Shown in pieces: positions 20,649 to 30,350 of a stretch of 64,000 nt of DNA. The stretch comes from Bacteroidia bacterium. Lineage in GTDB: Bacteria; Bacteroidota; Bacteroidia; NS11-12g; UBA9320. The DNA is taken from the NCBI GenBank assembly GCA_965216465.1, contig CBDCFW010000006.1:326440-390439 (forward strand). Reading direction: 5' to 3'. Both the position numbers and the translations under genes were made by a program. The notes under the pieces are model-generated. The model saw nothing but the letters and a program-made list of their open reading frames with translations. It made no database searches and was not told where the DNA came from. How positions within the stretch are numbered: position 1 is the stretch's first letter; every line of letters begins with the position of its first letter.

Positions 20649-21074
20649 ATGTCAAAGTTGTTTTATCTGTTTATTTCGCTGAGTTTATGGGCCTGTAACA
20701 GCGGTGCAAATTCAAAATCGAATAGAACTACATGTGGATATGACGGAACTTGGGTTTCCCATTTTGATTTCTCAAAAGTAGATTCAACAAATGCTAACAT
20801 AAATCACTTCAGAACCATGATTTCTATCACAGAGATTAAGTTTATGTTACACGATTCAGGAAATGGGTATTCTACAGTTAAGGCAGGCAGAGAAAGAGCT
20901 GACGAAAGCGAGCCATTTAAATGGTTATGTTCAAACGACACCTTAATCATTGATCGCGATGGGCAAATTCAAAAATTTGAACCAATATCTGCTGACAGTC
21001 TAAAAGATCTTACCTACATCGAAGAAAATGACCCCAACTATGCACAACACTACTTGGTACGGGAATCGAAATAG
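20649..21074 (+). CDS. Hypothetical lipoprotein.
   Basis: A lipobox-like signal peptide MSKLFYLFISLSLWACNSG is present. Confidence 0.5.
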   Translation: MSKLFYLFISLSLWACNSGANSKSNRTTCGYDGTWVSHFDFSKVDSTNANINHFRTMISITEIKFMLHDSGNGYSTVKAGRERADESEPFKWLCSNDTLIIDRDGQIQKFEPISADSLKDLTYIEENDPNYAQHYLVRESK

Positions 21075-21147
21075 ATAACAATTTACTCAAATTTTTATGA
21101 CACAAATGGCTCTTGATTAGCTGTTTATAGTTCTATATTTGGCGCCG

Positions 21148-24042
21148 ATGAAAAACTTTTTGTTTCTAACCGCCATCCTGCTTTCTGCACATTTCAGCTC
21201 TGCTAAACTAATTTCTGGCCCAACCACTCCCGTTCCTTCCTCAGGAACCACCAACGTTGAAACTGGAGTGCAGCTTAGAGTCAAGCCTTCATTTTCGAGC
21301 AAGCGTGTAGTCTTTCAGGTTTCTAAGAATTCAAATATGAGTGATGCCATTCGTATGGATCACGACAGGCATTATTCATCGTTTGCCTATGTTAGAGCCA
21401 AAGCTTTGGACTTAAATACAACCTACTATTGGCGAGCGAAATGTTTTTCAAGCAACAATGCCGACTCTTCAAACTGGAGTGACACGTGGAGTTTCACAAC
21501 CAACGACTCACTAACAATTTATAGTCCAAGCATAAATAACTTTAATAGCTTATCTCGTCCGTGGATTTCATTTCATCGCGTGGGAGATTATGACAGTTTT
21601 GAAGTTCAATTGGATACGGTTAGCGACTTCAGCTCAAGCTTTATTCAGAAAGTATTTGCTAAAGATACTTTTTCAACTTGGTACACCGAATTTCGTTTCA
21701 ACCATGTTGGTTACAACACTCCAATTTATATGAGAGGAAGAGGATTATCCGCTACCAATACATCCGATTGGTCCGAAACGAGAAATGGTAAAACCATCGA
21801 CCGACCAAATTTTACTCGCGTTAATAACGATGCAACCATGTACACCGATTCTGCTGAGTTTTATTGGAGTTATTACAACTCCGAAGGTTACCAATTTCAG
21901 TTTGATACCACTCGATTATTCAACTCTCCTTCACTATACGACTCGAGCGATTTTAATGGAATTCAAGATTTCAATAATTTTTTCACCTTCTATTTGCTCG
22001 ATTTTGATCAAGAATACCATTGGAGAATTCGTTTTGTTTCGCCCATCGACACCGGGGTTTGGGTACACGATAGTTTTACTCCAAGAGGAATTGCAGGTAA
22101 CTGGATGAGCTTTCAGTGGCCATACACTACAGATTACACTTTTAATGCTGTTCGAACCCTCCGCGGTGAGAATGGATATACCATTCAATTGGATACGAGT
22201 TTAGATTTCAATTCGCCGGAATTGATTGAAATTCAAGATTCAAATTTCACCATGCCTGTAACTGAGTTACTTTATGGTGCTGAGTATTGGGTTCGTTCTA
22301 ATATGTATCACGAAAAAGACACTTCAGATTGGTGCAGAGAACGAAAGTTCACTACGAATGGATATGCTCGTTTAAGCTACCCGGGCTACCGAATGGATGG
22401 TGCCGGCGTTAGAGATAGCATCTTGTGGTGGAGTAGGCACGACGGAACAACGCATTACGAGCTTCATATATCCGAAAACCCAGATTTTTTGGACCCAATT
22501 TTGGATACCCTCGTACCTTTTGAAGGAGGTACATTGACACGTATCGATGGTACCAAATTTAAGTTTGGAACTAGATATTACGTTAAAATGCGGATGATGC
22601 ATGCTTCTGATACTTGCGAATGGGACCATATTCAGTTCGATACCATGTGGTTTACGACTGAAGCAAGGCCAACTCTTAAATACCCAACTTCACACCTAGG
22701 ATTTGGCCGCTACGCAGAAATGGAGTTTTCTTGGGATACCATGAAGCATGTAAGTAACTATCAATTTTGGATTGACACCACAAGCAACTTTGATTCACCC
22801 TTCTTGTTAGACACTGCAGCTGTAGGAAAAGAAATAACCATTAACGAAATGCTTTTTGGCCAACAATACCATTGGAAGCTAAGGGGTATTTTAGAAGGCG
22901 ACACCAGCGACTGGTCTGAAACTAGAACTTTTTATGTTCGTGAAAAGCCAAACTTAGATCGTCCAAGTAACAATTCACTGGTTCATTACAGTAGAAGCAG
23001 CTTAGATTGGCATTCCATCACAGGTACTACAGGTTACATTTTGGAATTAGATACCAATGCAAACTTTACCAATCCAAAAGTTTATACTAAAGATGAAGAG
23101 AACCCATTCTTCTTATGGTTTTTTGACGACCCTGGATTCAAGTTTGAGGAAACGTATTACTGGAGAGTTAAGGTTTATCATGCAAAAGATACTTCGCTTT
23201 GGAGTGACACTTGGAAGTTTACCATCAAACCACAACAATCTTCTGAATTGGTAGCACCTGTAGATGGAGCTGAAGATATTCACTACTATGTTCCATTCAA
23301 ATGGACCAAATATCCGCTTGCGACGTTCTACAAGCTTCAGTATGCAACGAAACCAGACTTTTCGAATGCTGACGAGTACATTACTGCTGATACATTTGCA
23401 ACACGCATGCTTCGTCACAATAACCACTATTATTGGAGAGTGCGGTCATTAAATTCTGACCAAAACGAATTTCACGATTGGTCTGAGGTGTGGGAGTTTA
23501 GCACCAAATCGGATATTGACGATGTAGTTCTAACAGCACCTGCAAATGGTAGTCGTACGGATAAGAGCAATGTTTTGCTTCAATGGGAGAACTTGAAAGG
23601 ACATACCTACTTCATTGAATTCAGTACCAATTCAAGTTTTGTTGGATCACAAAAGAAAACTTCAAATACCAACACAGTTCAATTTACCAATTTGGGGACA
23701 AATAAAGATTACTATTGGAAGGTAAGAGCAAAAACTCCTTATGGAGATGGAGCTTGGAGTGAAGTTTGGCATTTTGACACCAAAGATGGAGCTTCTATTA
23801 TAGAAGCGGAAGGACAAAAACCTGCCATTGCTCCAAACCCAACTTCAGGTATAATGAAAATCACCAATTTAAGTCTCGATCAGATTGATGCGATTAAGGT
23901 TTACGATCAATTGGGAAGAGAAACGGCTATTACACATGAAGGTGATGTAATCGACGCAACACAACTTAGTGAAGGCATGTACTATGTGGTTATTGACTAC
24001 AAAAATGGAACATCGTATCGCTTGAAGTTTGAGAAGTTGTAG
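21148..24042 (+). CDS. T9SS cargo protein with about 8-9 FN3-like repeats and a C-terminal Por sorting domain.
   Basis: It has a signal peptide. An approximately 100-aa unit recurs, ending in YYW(R/K)V...DTSDWSE(T/V)W.F.T. The C-terminal region PNPTSGIMKI...GMYYVVIDYKNGTSYRLKFEKL is a typical T9SS CTD. Confidence 0.75.
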   Translation: MKNFLFLTAILLSAHFSSAKLISGPTTPVPSSGTTNVETGVQLRVKPSFSSKRVVFQVSKNSNMSDAIRMDHDRHYSSFAYVRAKALDLNTTYYWRAKCFSSNNADSSNWSDTWSFTTNDSLTIYSPSINNFNSLSRPWISFHRVGDYDSFEVQLDTVSDFSSSFIQKVFAKDTFSTWYTEFRFNHVGYNTPIYMRGRGLSATNTSDWSETRNGKTIDRPNFTRVNNDATMYTDSAEFYWSYYNSEGYQFQFDTTRLFNSPSLYDSSDFNGIQDFNNFFTFYLLDFDQEYHWRIRFVSPIDTGVWVHDSFTPRGIAGNWMSFQWPYTTDYTFNAVRTLRGENGYTIQLDTSLDFNSPELIEIQDSNFTMPVTELLYGAEYWVRSNMYHEKDTSDWCRERKFTTNGYARLSYPGYRMDGAGVRDSILWWSRHDGTTHYELHISENPDFLDPILDTLVPFEGGTLTRIDGTKFKFGTRYYVKMRMMHASDTCEWDHIQFDTMWFTTEARPTLKYPTSHLGFGRYAEMEFSWDTMKHVSNYQFWIDTTSNFDSPFLLDTAAVGKEITINEMLFGQQYHWKLRGILEGDTSDWSETRTFYVREKPNLDRPSNNSLVHYSRSSLDWHSITGTTGYILELDTNANFTNPKVYTKDEENPFFLWFFDDPGFKFEETYYWRVKVYHAKDTSLWSDTWKFTIKPQQSSELVAPVDGAEDIHYYVPFKWTKYPLATFYKLQYATKPDFSNADEYITADTFATRMLRHNNHYYWRVRSLNSDQNEFHDWSEVWEFSTKSDIDDVVLTAPANGSRTDKSNVLLQWENLKGHTYFIEFSTNSSFVGSQKKTSNTNTVQFTNLGTNKDYYWKVRAKTPYGDGAWSEVWHFDTKDGASIIEAEGQKPAIAPNPTSGIMKITNLSLDQIDAIKVYDQLGRETAITHEGDVIDATQLSEGMYYVVIDYKNGTSYRLKFEKL

Positions 24043-24072
24043 ACTCTTGCTTTATATTTGAGTTCTTCTAAA

Positions 24073-24222
24073 ATGCTTAAAACGACTCAATTTCTTTCGA
24101 TTCTATTTTTAGTGGTTTTGGTCATTTCCTGTAAGGAAGAGCCACACATAATCAATACTACAAACGAAGTAGAAACGGATCAACCTTACCATCTATTTGA
24201 GCATTTAGCTCTTAGTAAATAA
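24073..24222 (+). CDS. Small putative lipoprotein of 49 aa, not in the ORF track.
   Basis: ATG at 24073 gives MLKTTQFLSILFLVVLVISCKEEP...*. It has a signal peptide and a Cys lipobox. It lies in the gap between two large genes. Confidence 0.3.
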   Translation: MLKTTQFLSILFLVVLVISCKEEPHIINTTNEVETDQPYHLFEHLALSK

Positions 24223-24335
24223 AATAAATCACAATTTGATGTTGTGATTTAATAACTATTAGTACGAGTTTTGATATAGTATTGTCGGATAAATTCATAG
24301 ATATTTGAGTACATTAACTAGCCAATTTACCTTCT

Positions 24336-26333
24336 ATGAATCATCCATATACTTTTAAAAACAAATCACTTAAGCCCACTACATATGTAATTTTGATGTT
24401 TGCGATGCTGCAATTTGCCAATAATGTGAATGCACAATGTCCTGATGTCAATGACCTGGACCTAAAACCATTTTATGACTCAATCACTAAAATAAATAGC
24501 CCTTGTTTCGCAAAATGGTATTCTAATGAGGAGCAACATAAATTGGCAATAGAAAAAATTGATTACTATCTACTAGAGCTAAAAGATGTAGAGCTTACTA
24601 AAAATTACACAAGAGCAGGAAAACTAAGCGAAAATATAAATTATGATATTCTGGATTCACTTGAGAAGTGGAAAGATACATCGACAAATAGAGCGGACAA
24701 AAAGCACTACGACCAACTTGCGAAGGATGAGAAAGAACGCTTATTATCCAAAAGCTACAATATGCGATTTGGCCTGATGGAAAGTCTAGTGTTTTTAACT
24801 GGCATGCACAACAACTCTCCAATTTATGAAGTGAAAGGTTATCTTTCTTATATAAAGAATAGAGAAACTTTACGCGATCTTTATGCTGAATACACCTACT
24901 TGCAAAAGTTTAATAAACTCGACCTTCCTCTGAACGAGCACCTAATTCTCCGAAACTTGAACGCAACTTCAGAAAGGCTTGAGTATATTGATGACAATAA
25001 TTTGGCAATGTACAAAAGTTACTACTCAAAAAAAGATAGGTACAAGGGTGTATTGCTTGAACATGGAAATGACATATTTATCGATGGAGGAAAACTGGGC
25101 ATTAATCAAGACAGAGAAATGACAGGATCGTTTCGGCTAAGTGTTAATACTGATTATTTTCAAGCCCGTTTTTTAAACTACCATTGGCTACTTCAAAAGC
25201 TTACAAATAGAAAGGAAGAATATATCAATATTCTTCAAAGACCAGTTAATGAAGTATTAAGTTATCAATCTATATCTTTTGGGGGTGCTGGATACACACC
25301 TTACATAAGATATCAAGATAATTTTGAACTTGCAGACTCGTTTCATTTTCGTGATCGTCCTTTTGCTTCAAATATGTACATATCGCGTTCAAAATATAGA
25401 TTGTGGCAACGTGGACTTTTAAGACATCATGGAGAATTTCAAATTGGATTAATTGGGAAAGAGTCTCCAGATGCCATTCAAGCGGTCTTACATCGCGATG
25501 TTGTTACTAGTTCTCAACGTGTTTATGGATGGCACAAACAAGTAGGCAACGGGGGCAGACTTTTCTATCAGATAAACCACGAATTCAATTGGTTACTATT
25601 CTCAAATACGAATAAGTATCCTGCACTTATCAATAAACTATTAAACGATAGTTTTAAGGTTGGTCCAACCCGTAGATACAAAAAGTGGGAAAAATATGAG
25701 CGTGGAATTGGTAAAAAACCAAGGATTAAAAAGTCTGCAAATGAAATTGCAAATGGGCTACTTTTCACTAAATACAATGGAGTAAATCTAACTGGTGACT
25801 TAAAAATTCAATATGGTGGTTTATTAACTGCGGCTACAGCAGGGTTTCGCTTTTCTACATTAGATCTAACTCACCAGTCAGGACAAAAAATGGTTATCTC
25901 ACGCCGAGACAATATTTACAAATACGGATGGCATTTTGAGGCTGGGGCAGCTCTTCAATATGTTCAGCATAATACGATGTTGGAAGGATTGGGCGTTTGG
26001 AATACCTATGAGAACGATTTATTTGACATTGACGAGGTAGACTTTCACACCTTTGGTGATATTGAAATGAATAGATTGCTTTGGATAGTTGATTGGAAAT
26101 TAGTGCTGAGATGGAGAAAAATGAGTTTTCATTTTGAACAATTATATCATAAAATGGAATATTCCATTGAACCATATGATTTAAACTCCCCTTTTGTCAC
26201 AAGCTTTGTCAATACGCTTGATGAAAAAAGAACTACTCATTATAACAATAAAATAAAAAAGGAATATGGCTCACTTCAAGAATTGGGTTTTTATGGTTAT
26301 GGCACTATAGGAATGACATGGATTATTGATTAA
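24336..26333 (+). CDS. Outer-membrane protein with an LpxR-like (DUF2219, lipid A 3-O-deacylase family) C-terminal region and a roughly 250-aa N-terminal extension.
   Basis: GEFQIGLIGKESPDAIQAVLHRDVV...GWHKQVGNGGRLFYQ resembles the LpxR core (IGVIGP..QN.aHR..G...GW..Q). A signal peptide is present. Confidence 0.4.
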   Translation: MNHPYTFKNKSLKPTTYVILMFAMLQFANNVNAQCPDVNDLDLKPFYDSITKINSPCFAKWYSNEEQHKLAIEKIDYYLLELKDVELTKNYTRAGKLSENINYDILDSLEKWKDTSTNRADKKHYDQLAKDEKERLLSKSYNMRFGLMESLVFLTGMHNNSPIYEVKGYLSYIKNRETLRDLYAEYTYLQKFNKLDLPLNEHLILRNLNATSERLEYIDDNNLAMYKSYYSKKDRYKGVLLEHGNDIFIDGGKLGINQDREMTGSFRLSVNTDYFQARFLNYHWLLQKLTNRKEEYINILQRPVNEVLSYQSISFGGAGYTPYIRYQDNFELADSFHFRDRPFASNMYISRSKYRLWQRGLLRHHGEFQIGLIGKESPDAIQAVLHRDVVTSSQRVYGWHKQVGNGGRLFYQINHEFNWLLFSNTNKYPALINKLLNDSFKVGPTRRYKKWEKYERGIGKKPRIKKSANEIANGLLFTKYNGVNLTGDLKIQYGGLLTAATAGFRFSTLDLTHQSGQKMVISRRDNIYKYGWHFEAGAALQYVQHNTMLEGLGVWNTYENDLFDIDEVDFHTFGDIEMNRLLWIVDWKLVLRWRKMSFHFEQLYHKMEYSIEPYDLNSPFVTSFVNTLDEKRTTHYNNKIKKEYGSLQELGFYGYGTIGMTWIID

Positions 26334-26457
26334 TAGAACACCAGAAATTTAGATTTCATCATAACCATCTTTGTAGGTAAAATAGCCTTTCCAGCGTTCA
26401 ATAGATTCAGGTTTTTTCATTTCAATACTCAAAGTTATTCAATCTGCGTTTACTTTT

Positions 26458-27003
26458 ATGCCCCATCTAATGAAGAATTCAGCATCCATAACCACAATAA
26501 TTTTTGGGCTTATGTTCATTGTGGCTTGTGGCAATTTGCAATTCGCGAATCGCGAATCGGATTACTGGTTTCTATATTACGACGAGGAGTATGATGTTAG
26601 CGGATATCTTGACACAGATAAACAAATTCAAATTGATTTTGGTGAGTATACAACCTGCTACACAGATACATTTAAACAGTACGCTATTGTATTGCATCAT
26701 GACTATGGATTTATAGGCATTAATCGTAAACAGAAAATTTTATTTCGGGTTTATCCATTCGACAACGGGCCAGATTATCCGCAAGAAGGCATGTTTAGAA
26801 TTGTAGAAGATGGTAAAATAGGATATGTCAGAGCATCTGATGGCAAAATTGTAATTGCTCCAAAATATGCATGTGCCTACCCTTTTGAAGATGGGAAAGC
26901 AAAAGTTACTGATGAGTGTGAGGTCATTAAAGAAGGAGAACATTCTGTACCACAAAGCGATAGCTGGTATTACATTGACCACAGGGGCAAAGCGGTAGAA
27001 TAG
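26458..27003 (+). CDS. Lipoprotein with WG (KWG) repeats.
   Basis: The N-terminal signal peptide has IVACGN. Repeated ...GKIGYVRASDGKIVIAPKY...PFEDGKAKV units are present. Confidence 0.5.
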   Translation: MPHLMKNSASITTIIFGLMFIVACGNLQFANRESDYWFLYYDEEYDVSGYLDTDKQIQIDFGEYTTCYTDTFKQYAIVLHHDYGFIGINRKQKILFRVYPFDNGPDYPQEGMFRIVEDGKIGYVRASDGKIVIAPKYACAYPFEDGKAKVTDECEVIKEGEHSVPQSDSWYYIDHRGKAVE

Positions 27004-27023
27004 CCAGCTTATTGGTAAAAAAG

Positions 27024-27248
27024 TTAGTTATTCTTTGAAGATTTTAGAGGGAAGAAAATCACCCAAAGGGCCAAGATTAAAATTGTCGTTAACAGCCCAA
27101 TCCCAACTCTCAAACCAGTAATATCTAGTTGACCCGGTTCAGGCGTCCCAAGGTTTATTATCCACCAAAACCACTCGGCCAAAATAGCTAAAAATACCAT
27201 CACCTTCTTGGGGCGAGGCCAACTTCTTATGGTTTTTATGGGTTTCAA
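27024..27248 (-). CDS. Small membrane protein, hypothetical.
   Basis: The ORF is 74 aa with two hydrophobic helices. It overlaps the end of the upstream gene by 4 nt. Confidence 0.3.
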   Translation of the reverse strand: MKPIKTIRSWPRPKKVMVFLAILAEWFWWIINLGTPEPGQLDITGLRVGIGLLTTILILALWVIFFPLKSSKNN

Positions 27249-28372
27249 AGTTTTACTATTCTTGATTGATAGCTTTTGCCATCTTCCACAAAACTAATTA
27301 GATAAACCCCTTCAGGTAAGTCTTTTATGTTGTATTTATTGGTTTCGTTTGGAACCAAGTTTTTAACAACTCTCCCTTGTAAGTCGGTGACTGTTATTGT
27401 TGAAATACTTGCGAAATTTTTCTTTATAGCAAACGATGATGTCGTAGGGTTAGGGTAAAGCATTCCTGCACCTGAAGTCAATTCTTGAACACTAACCAAA
27501 TCCTTTACTTCAACATTTAATGTGAAGGTATTCGACAAGTTCCCTGCGCTGTCTTTTGTTTGAAATACGGTTGAATATGAACCCTTTGCATTTACATTCA
27601 CGTCATTTTGAATGATGTTTAAACTATCCCACAAGAATTCCTGTGAACAATGGTTATCTGACAGTACAATGTGGTCACTATAGGTGTAAACAGAGTCTTT
27701 TTCTAGAACAATACTTGAGCCATCCAGTGCACTTATCACTGGGTGAATTGTATCGATTACGTATACCGTTCTTATCAAAGTAACTGAATTGTTAGTACTA
27801 CACTTGTTTGGTGGTGTTTCTACATAGTAAGTAACTTGATATTCTCCTAATACCGATGTGTTTACAGCATTTGTAACTTGAACACGATTTGTTAGGTCGC
27901 CATAGGTCTCGTCTAGGGCAGTAAACGAAGAAGGGGTAAATGATGAATCTACCTGAACATAGGCTGTATCACGGTTAGACAACGTAATAATAGGTGGAGT
28001 ATTGTCGCTCACTACATAAATCACACGAGTTACTGTATCAGAAATATTTCCATCCGAATCCGCAGCAACGTATTTCAGGTAATGGGTCCCTAAATACCGA
28101 GTGTCAATATTCGCTCCGAACACCAATAGACTTGAAGTTACATCTCCATCACAACTATCATATGCCGTAGCTCCAGGGTCAACAAAAGTTAGAGTCACTT
28201 CAATACACATTGTATCACTTCCATTCAATGTAATTACAGGTGGAATGGTGTCATTCGCACAATAGGTCTTAGTCGTTTTGTGAGTTTCTGGATTAATGGC
28301 CGAGACAATTGGGCTCAACGAAACGAGAATCAATAGCAGAAGCCAATTCTGAGATAGAGTGATTCGATTCAT
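27245..28372 (-). CDS. T9SS cargo protein with Ig-like repeats and a Por C-terminal sorting domain.
   Basis: The likely signal peptide is MNRITLSQNWLLLLILVSLSPIVSA. Repeated beta-rich modules follow. The CTD is YPNPTTSSFAIK...EGVYLISFVEDGKSYQSRIVKL. Confidence 0.7.
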   Translation of the reverse strand: MNRITLSQNWLLLLILVSLSPIVSAINPETHKTTKTYCANDTIPPVITLNGSDTMCIEVTLTFVDPGATAYDSCDGDVTSSLLVFGANIDTRYLGTHYLKYVAADSDGNISDTVTRVIYVVSDNTPPIITLSNRDTAYVQVDSSFTPSSFTALDETYGDLTNRVQVTNAVNTSVLGEYQVTYYVETPPNKCSTNNSVTLIRTVYVIDTIHPVISALDGSSIVLEKDSVYTYSDHIVLSDNHCSQEFLWDSLNIIQNDVNVNAKGSYSTVFQTKDSAGNLSNTFTLNVEVKDLVSVQELTSGAGMLYPNPTTSSFAIKKNFASISTITVTDLQGRVVKNLVPNETNKYNIKDLPEGVYLISFVEDGKSYQSRIVKL

Positions 28373-28414
28373 TATTGAATTAGACCCCTCAATGTGAAAT
28401 GGTTGCAAGAATAA

Positions 28415-28624
28415 TTACAATGCCTTCAATATCTTTTGTGCGTCTTCCTGCTTATCCGACTCAACAAACAATTCGACACTGTTTTGCGGTACTGCGAATC
28501 CAGCCATTAAGGCTGAGTCGACATTGTTTTTTAAGAATACTGAAATTCCATCTTCTTCTAAAATGGAAGCAAGACGTTGAGCTTCTATCAGCTCTCCTAC
28601 AAATATTTTGATAAGGTTGTTCAT
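28415..28624 (-). CDS. DUF2007-family small protein (putative signal-transducing protein).
   Basis: The ORF is 69 aa: IFVGELIEAQRLASILEEDGISVFLKN...ELFVESDKQEDAQKILKAL. Confidence 0.55.
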   Translation of the reverse strand: MNNLIKIFVGELIEAQRLASILEEDGISVFLKNNVDSALMAGFAVPQNSVELFVESDKQEDAQKILKAL

Positions 28625-28844
28625 GGCTGACTATAAAGTTAACACTTATTCTTCGAATGTGGCTAGCCTATAGTCTAATTGAATCGTTTCGACGATGAAT
28701 TTACACTTCGTTCGCTACATCTTTTAATAGATTACTACCAGGTGGTATGCTTTTCTGCGTGTTTATTCAGAACCTGCATAAATTAGGACTTCCATTTTTT
28801 GAGAATCTAACGTTTTGGAATAATTCTTGTCAATATTGTAATCG

Positions 28845-29441
28845 ATGCAACACAAATTATCCATCATACTCGCAAAACCAAAAGCCCGTATTCCTTTTCT
28901 CACAATCGCGGTGTTTATATTTCTATTCGGACATGCTCAAAATCCAGGTAAAATTGGATCTACTAAAAACTATATCGGAATTCAACCTTCCTTTTTGATG
29001 GAACCCTACGACACCATCGATGCTCTTGAAGTCAATATTCTACCTTTGGTATTTGAACATCGCTTCGATTCAACTTCAGGAATTCAATTCAGAACGATTG
29101 TGAACTACCGCTTTTTAGAAGGTGGTTCTGGAATAAGCCAAACTGGAATGTTTGTTGGCTTCAACAAATACACCAACTTAATCTGGGGAACTGACTGGCT
29201 GGATTTTCGCTATGCACCTTTTACTACTTATGCGTACAATCAACTTGACAAAATCCACACTGTAACTTTGGGAATAGAACCGGGATTCAGGATGAGAACC
29301 AAAAGCAGATTTAGCTTAGACGTTGCAGTACAACCGGGCATCAATTACTATCCGGATAAATTTTCAAGAGATTTTGTAGAGACAGAATCAGGATTCAAAT
29401 CCCACTTTGGAATTATGTTTCATGCAGGGGTCAATTTTTAG
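28845..29441 (+). CDS. Outer-membrane beta-barrel-like hypothetical protein.
   Basis: It has a signal peptide, alternating beta-strand patterns, and a C-terminal ...GVNF. Confidence 0.45.
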   Translation: MQHKLSIILAKPKARIPFLTIAVFIFLFGHAQNPGKIGSTKNYIGIQPSFLMEPYDTIDALEVNILPLVFEHRFDSTSGIQFRTIVNYRFLEGGSGISQTGMFVGFNKYTNLIWGTDWLDFRYAPFTTYAYNQLDKIHTVTLGIEPGFRMRTKSRFSLDVAVQPGINYYPDKFSRDFVETESGFKSHFGIMFHAGVNF

Positions 29442-29446
29442 TGTAT

Positions 29447-30130
29447 CTATTCGACGTTCAGTGGTAAAACAAATTGACATCTAACGGACTTACCATAATG
29501 CTGAGCAGGTGTAAAATTTGGCAGTGTTCGAATAGCTTCAAGTATGGTCTCATTTGCATCTTTGTTTGAACTTTTGTGCATCTCAACATTTGAAACAGAA
29601 CCATCCACCTCCACCACAAATGATACTTGATATTCTCCCACATTAGACTTCTGAGTTGACAACGACTCATCTAAAGAGGCTTTTAGCTGGTCATCTCCTC
29701 CAATAAAACTTGGCATCGAATCGACAATTTGAAAAACAAATCCGGAATCAATTTTTTCCTGAAGATTGGCCATAAATTGTTTTTCAGCTTCCCCCTGGGC
29801 CCGTGCCATTACATCGGCACCAAATTTCTGCTCGACAAGTTCATTCATTTTCTTTGCATAGCACTTCGTTCCTTCACTTGTTTCGCAGCCAGCATTGGTA
29901 ACATCTATGGAATAGGTCTGGAGCATGTAGTCTTCATAAAACTTTTGAAACTCCCAGTCGAGGCGGATCATCAATCCATAAGAATGCAATTTATAGACAC
30001 CATTGCTAGCGTCTTTTATTGCTTGATTCTGAGCCTCTTCGCAGGTTGAATCAAGAATAGTTTTCTCTACTTCTGATGAGGAATTGCAGGAGAACAGAAC
30101 TAGACAAAAGAGTACAAGATTGAGTTTCAT
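29447..30130 (-). CDS. Lipoprotein with a TonB-C-like C-terminal domain.
   Basis: The N-terminus is MKLNLVLFCLVLFSCNSS. The C-terminus MPSFIGGDDQLKASL...YQVSFVVEVDGSVSNVEMHKSS...AIRTLPNFTPAQHYGKSVRCQFVLPLNV resembles TonB_C. Confidence 0.5.
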   Translation of the reverse strand: MKLNLVLFCLVLFSCNSSSEVEKTILDSTCEEAQNQAIKDASNGVYKLHSYGLMIRLDWEFQKFYEDYMLQTYSIDVTNAGCETSEGTKCYAKKMNELVEQKFGADVMARAQGEAEKQFMANLQEKIDSGFVFQIVDSMPSFIGGDDQLKASLDESLSTQKSNVGEYQVSFVVEVDGSVSNVEMHKSSNKDANETILEAIRTLPNFTPAQHYGKSVRCQFVLPLNVE

Positions 30131-30350
30131 TTATACAAAAAACGATAGAAATGCCAAAATAGTTCGACGTTTGAGACTATGAATGCAAAATTGTAAGGTT
30201 AAGCTTAGCAGACAACATAAATATTTTACTGGCGTTATATTGTAGATAAGTTGAGTTATGAAAGCCTACGGATATGTCTTGATCTAGATCGTATCACTAT
30301 TGCAATCCAAATAGCTGTTAGTAAATTCGGAAGACAAAAAAAATTGAACT

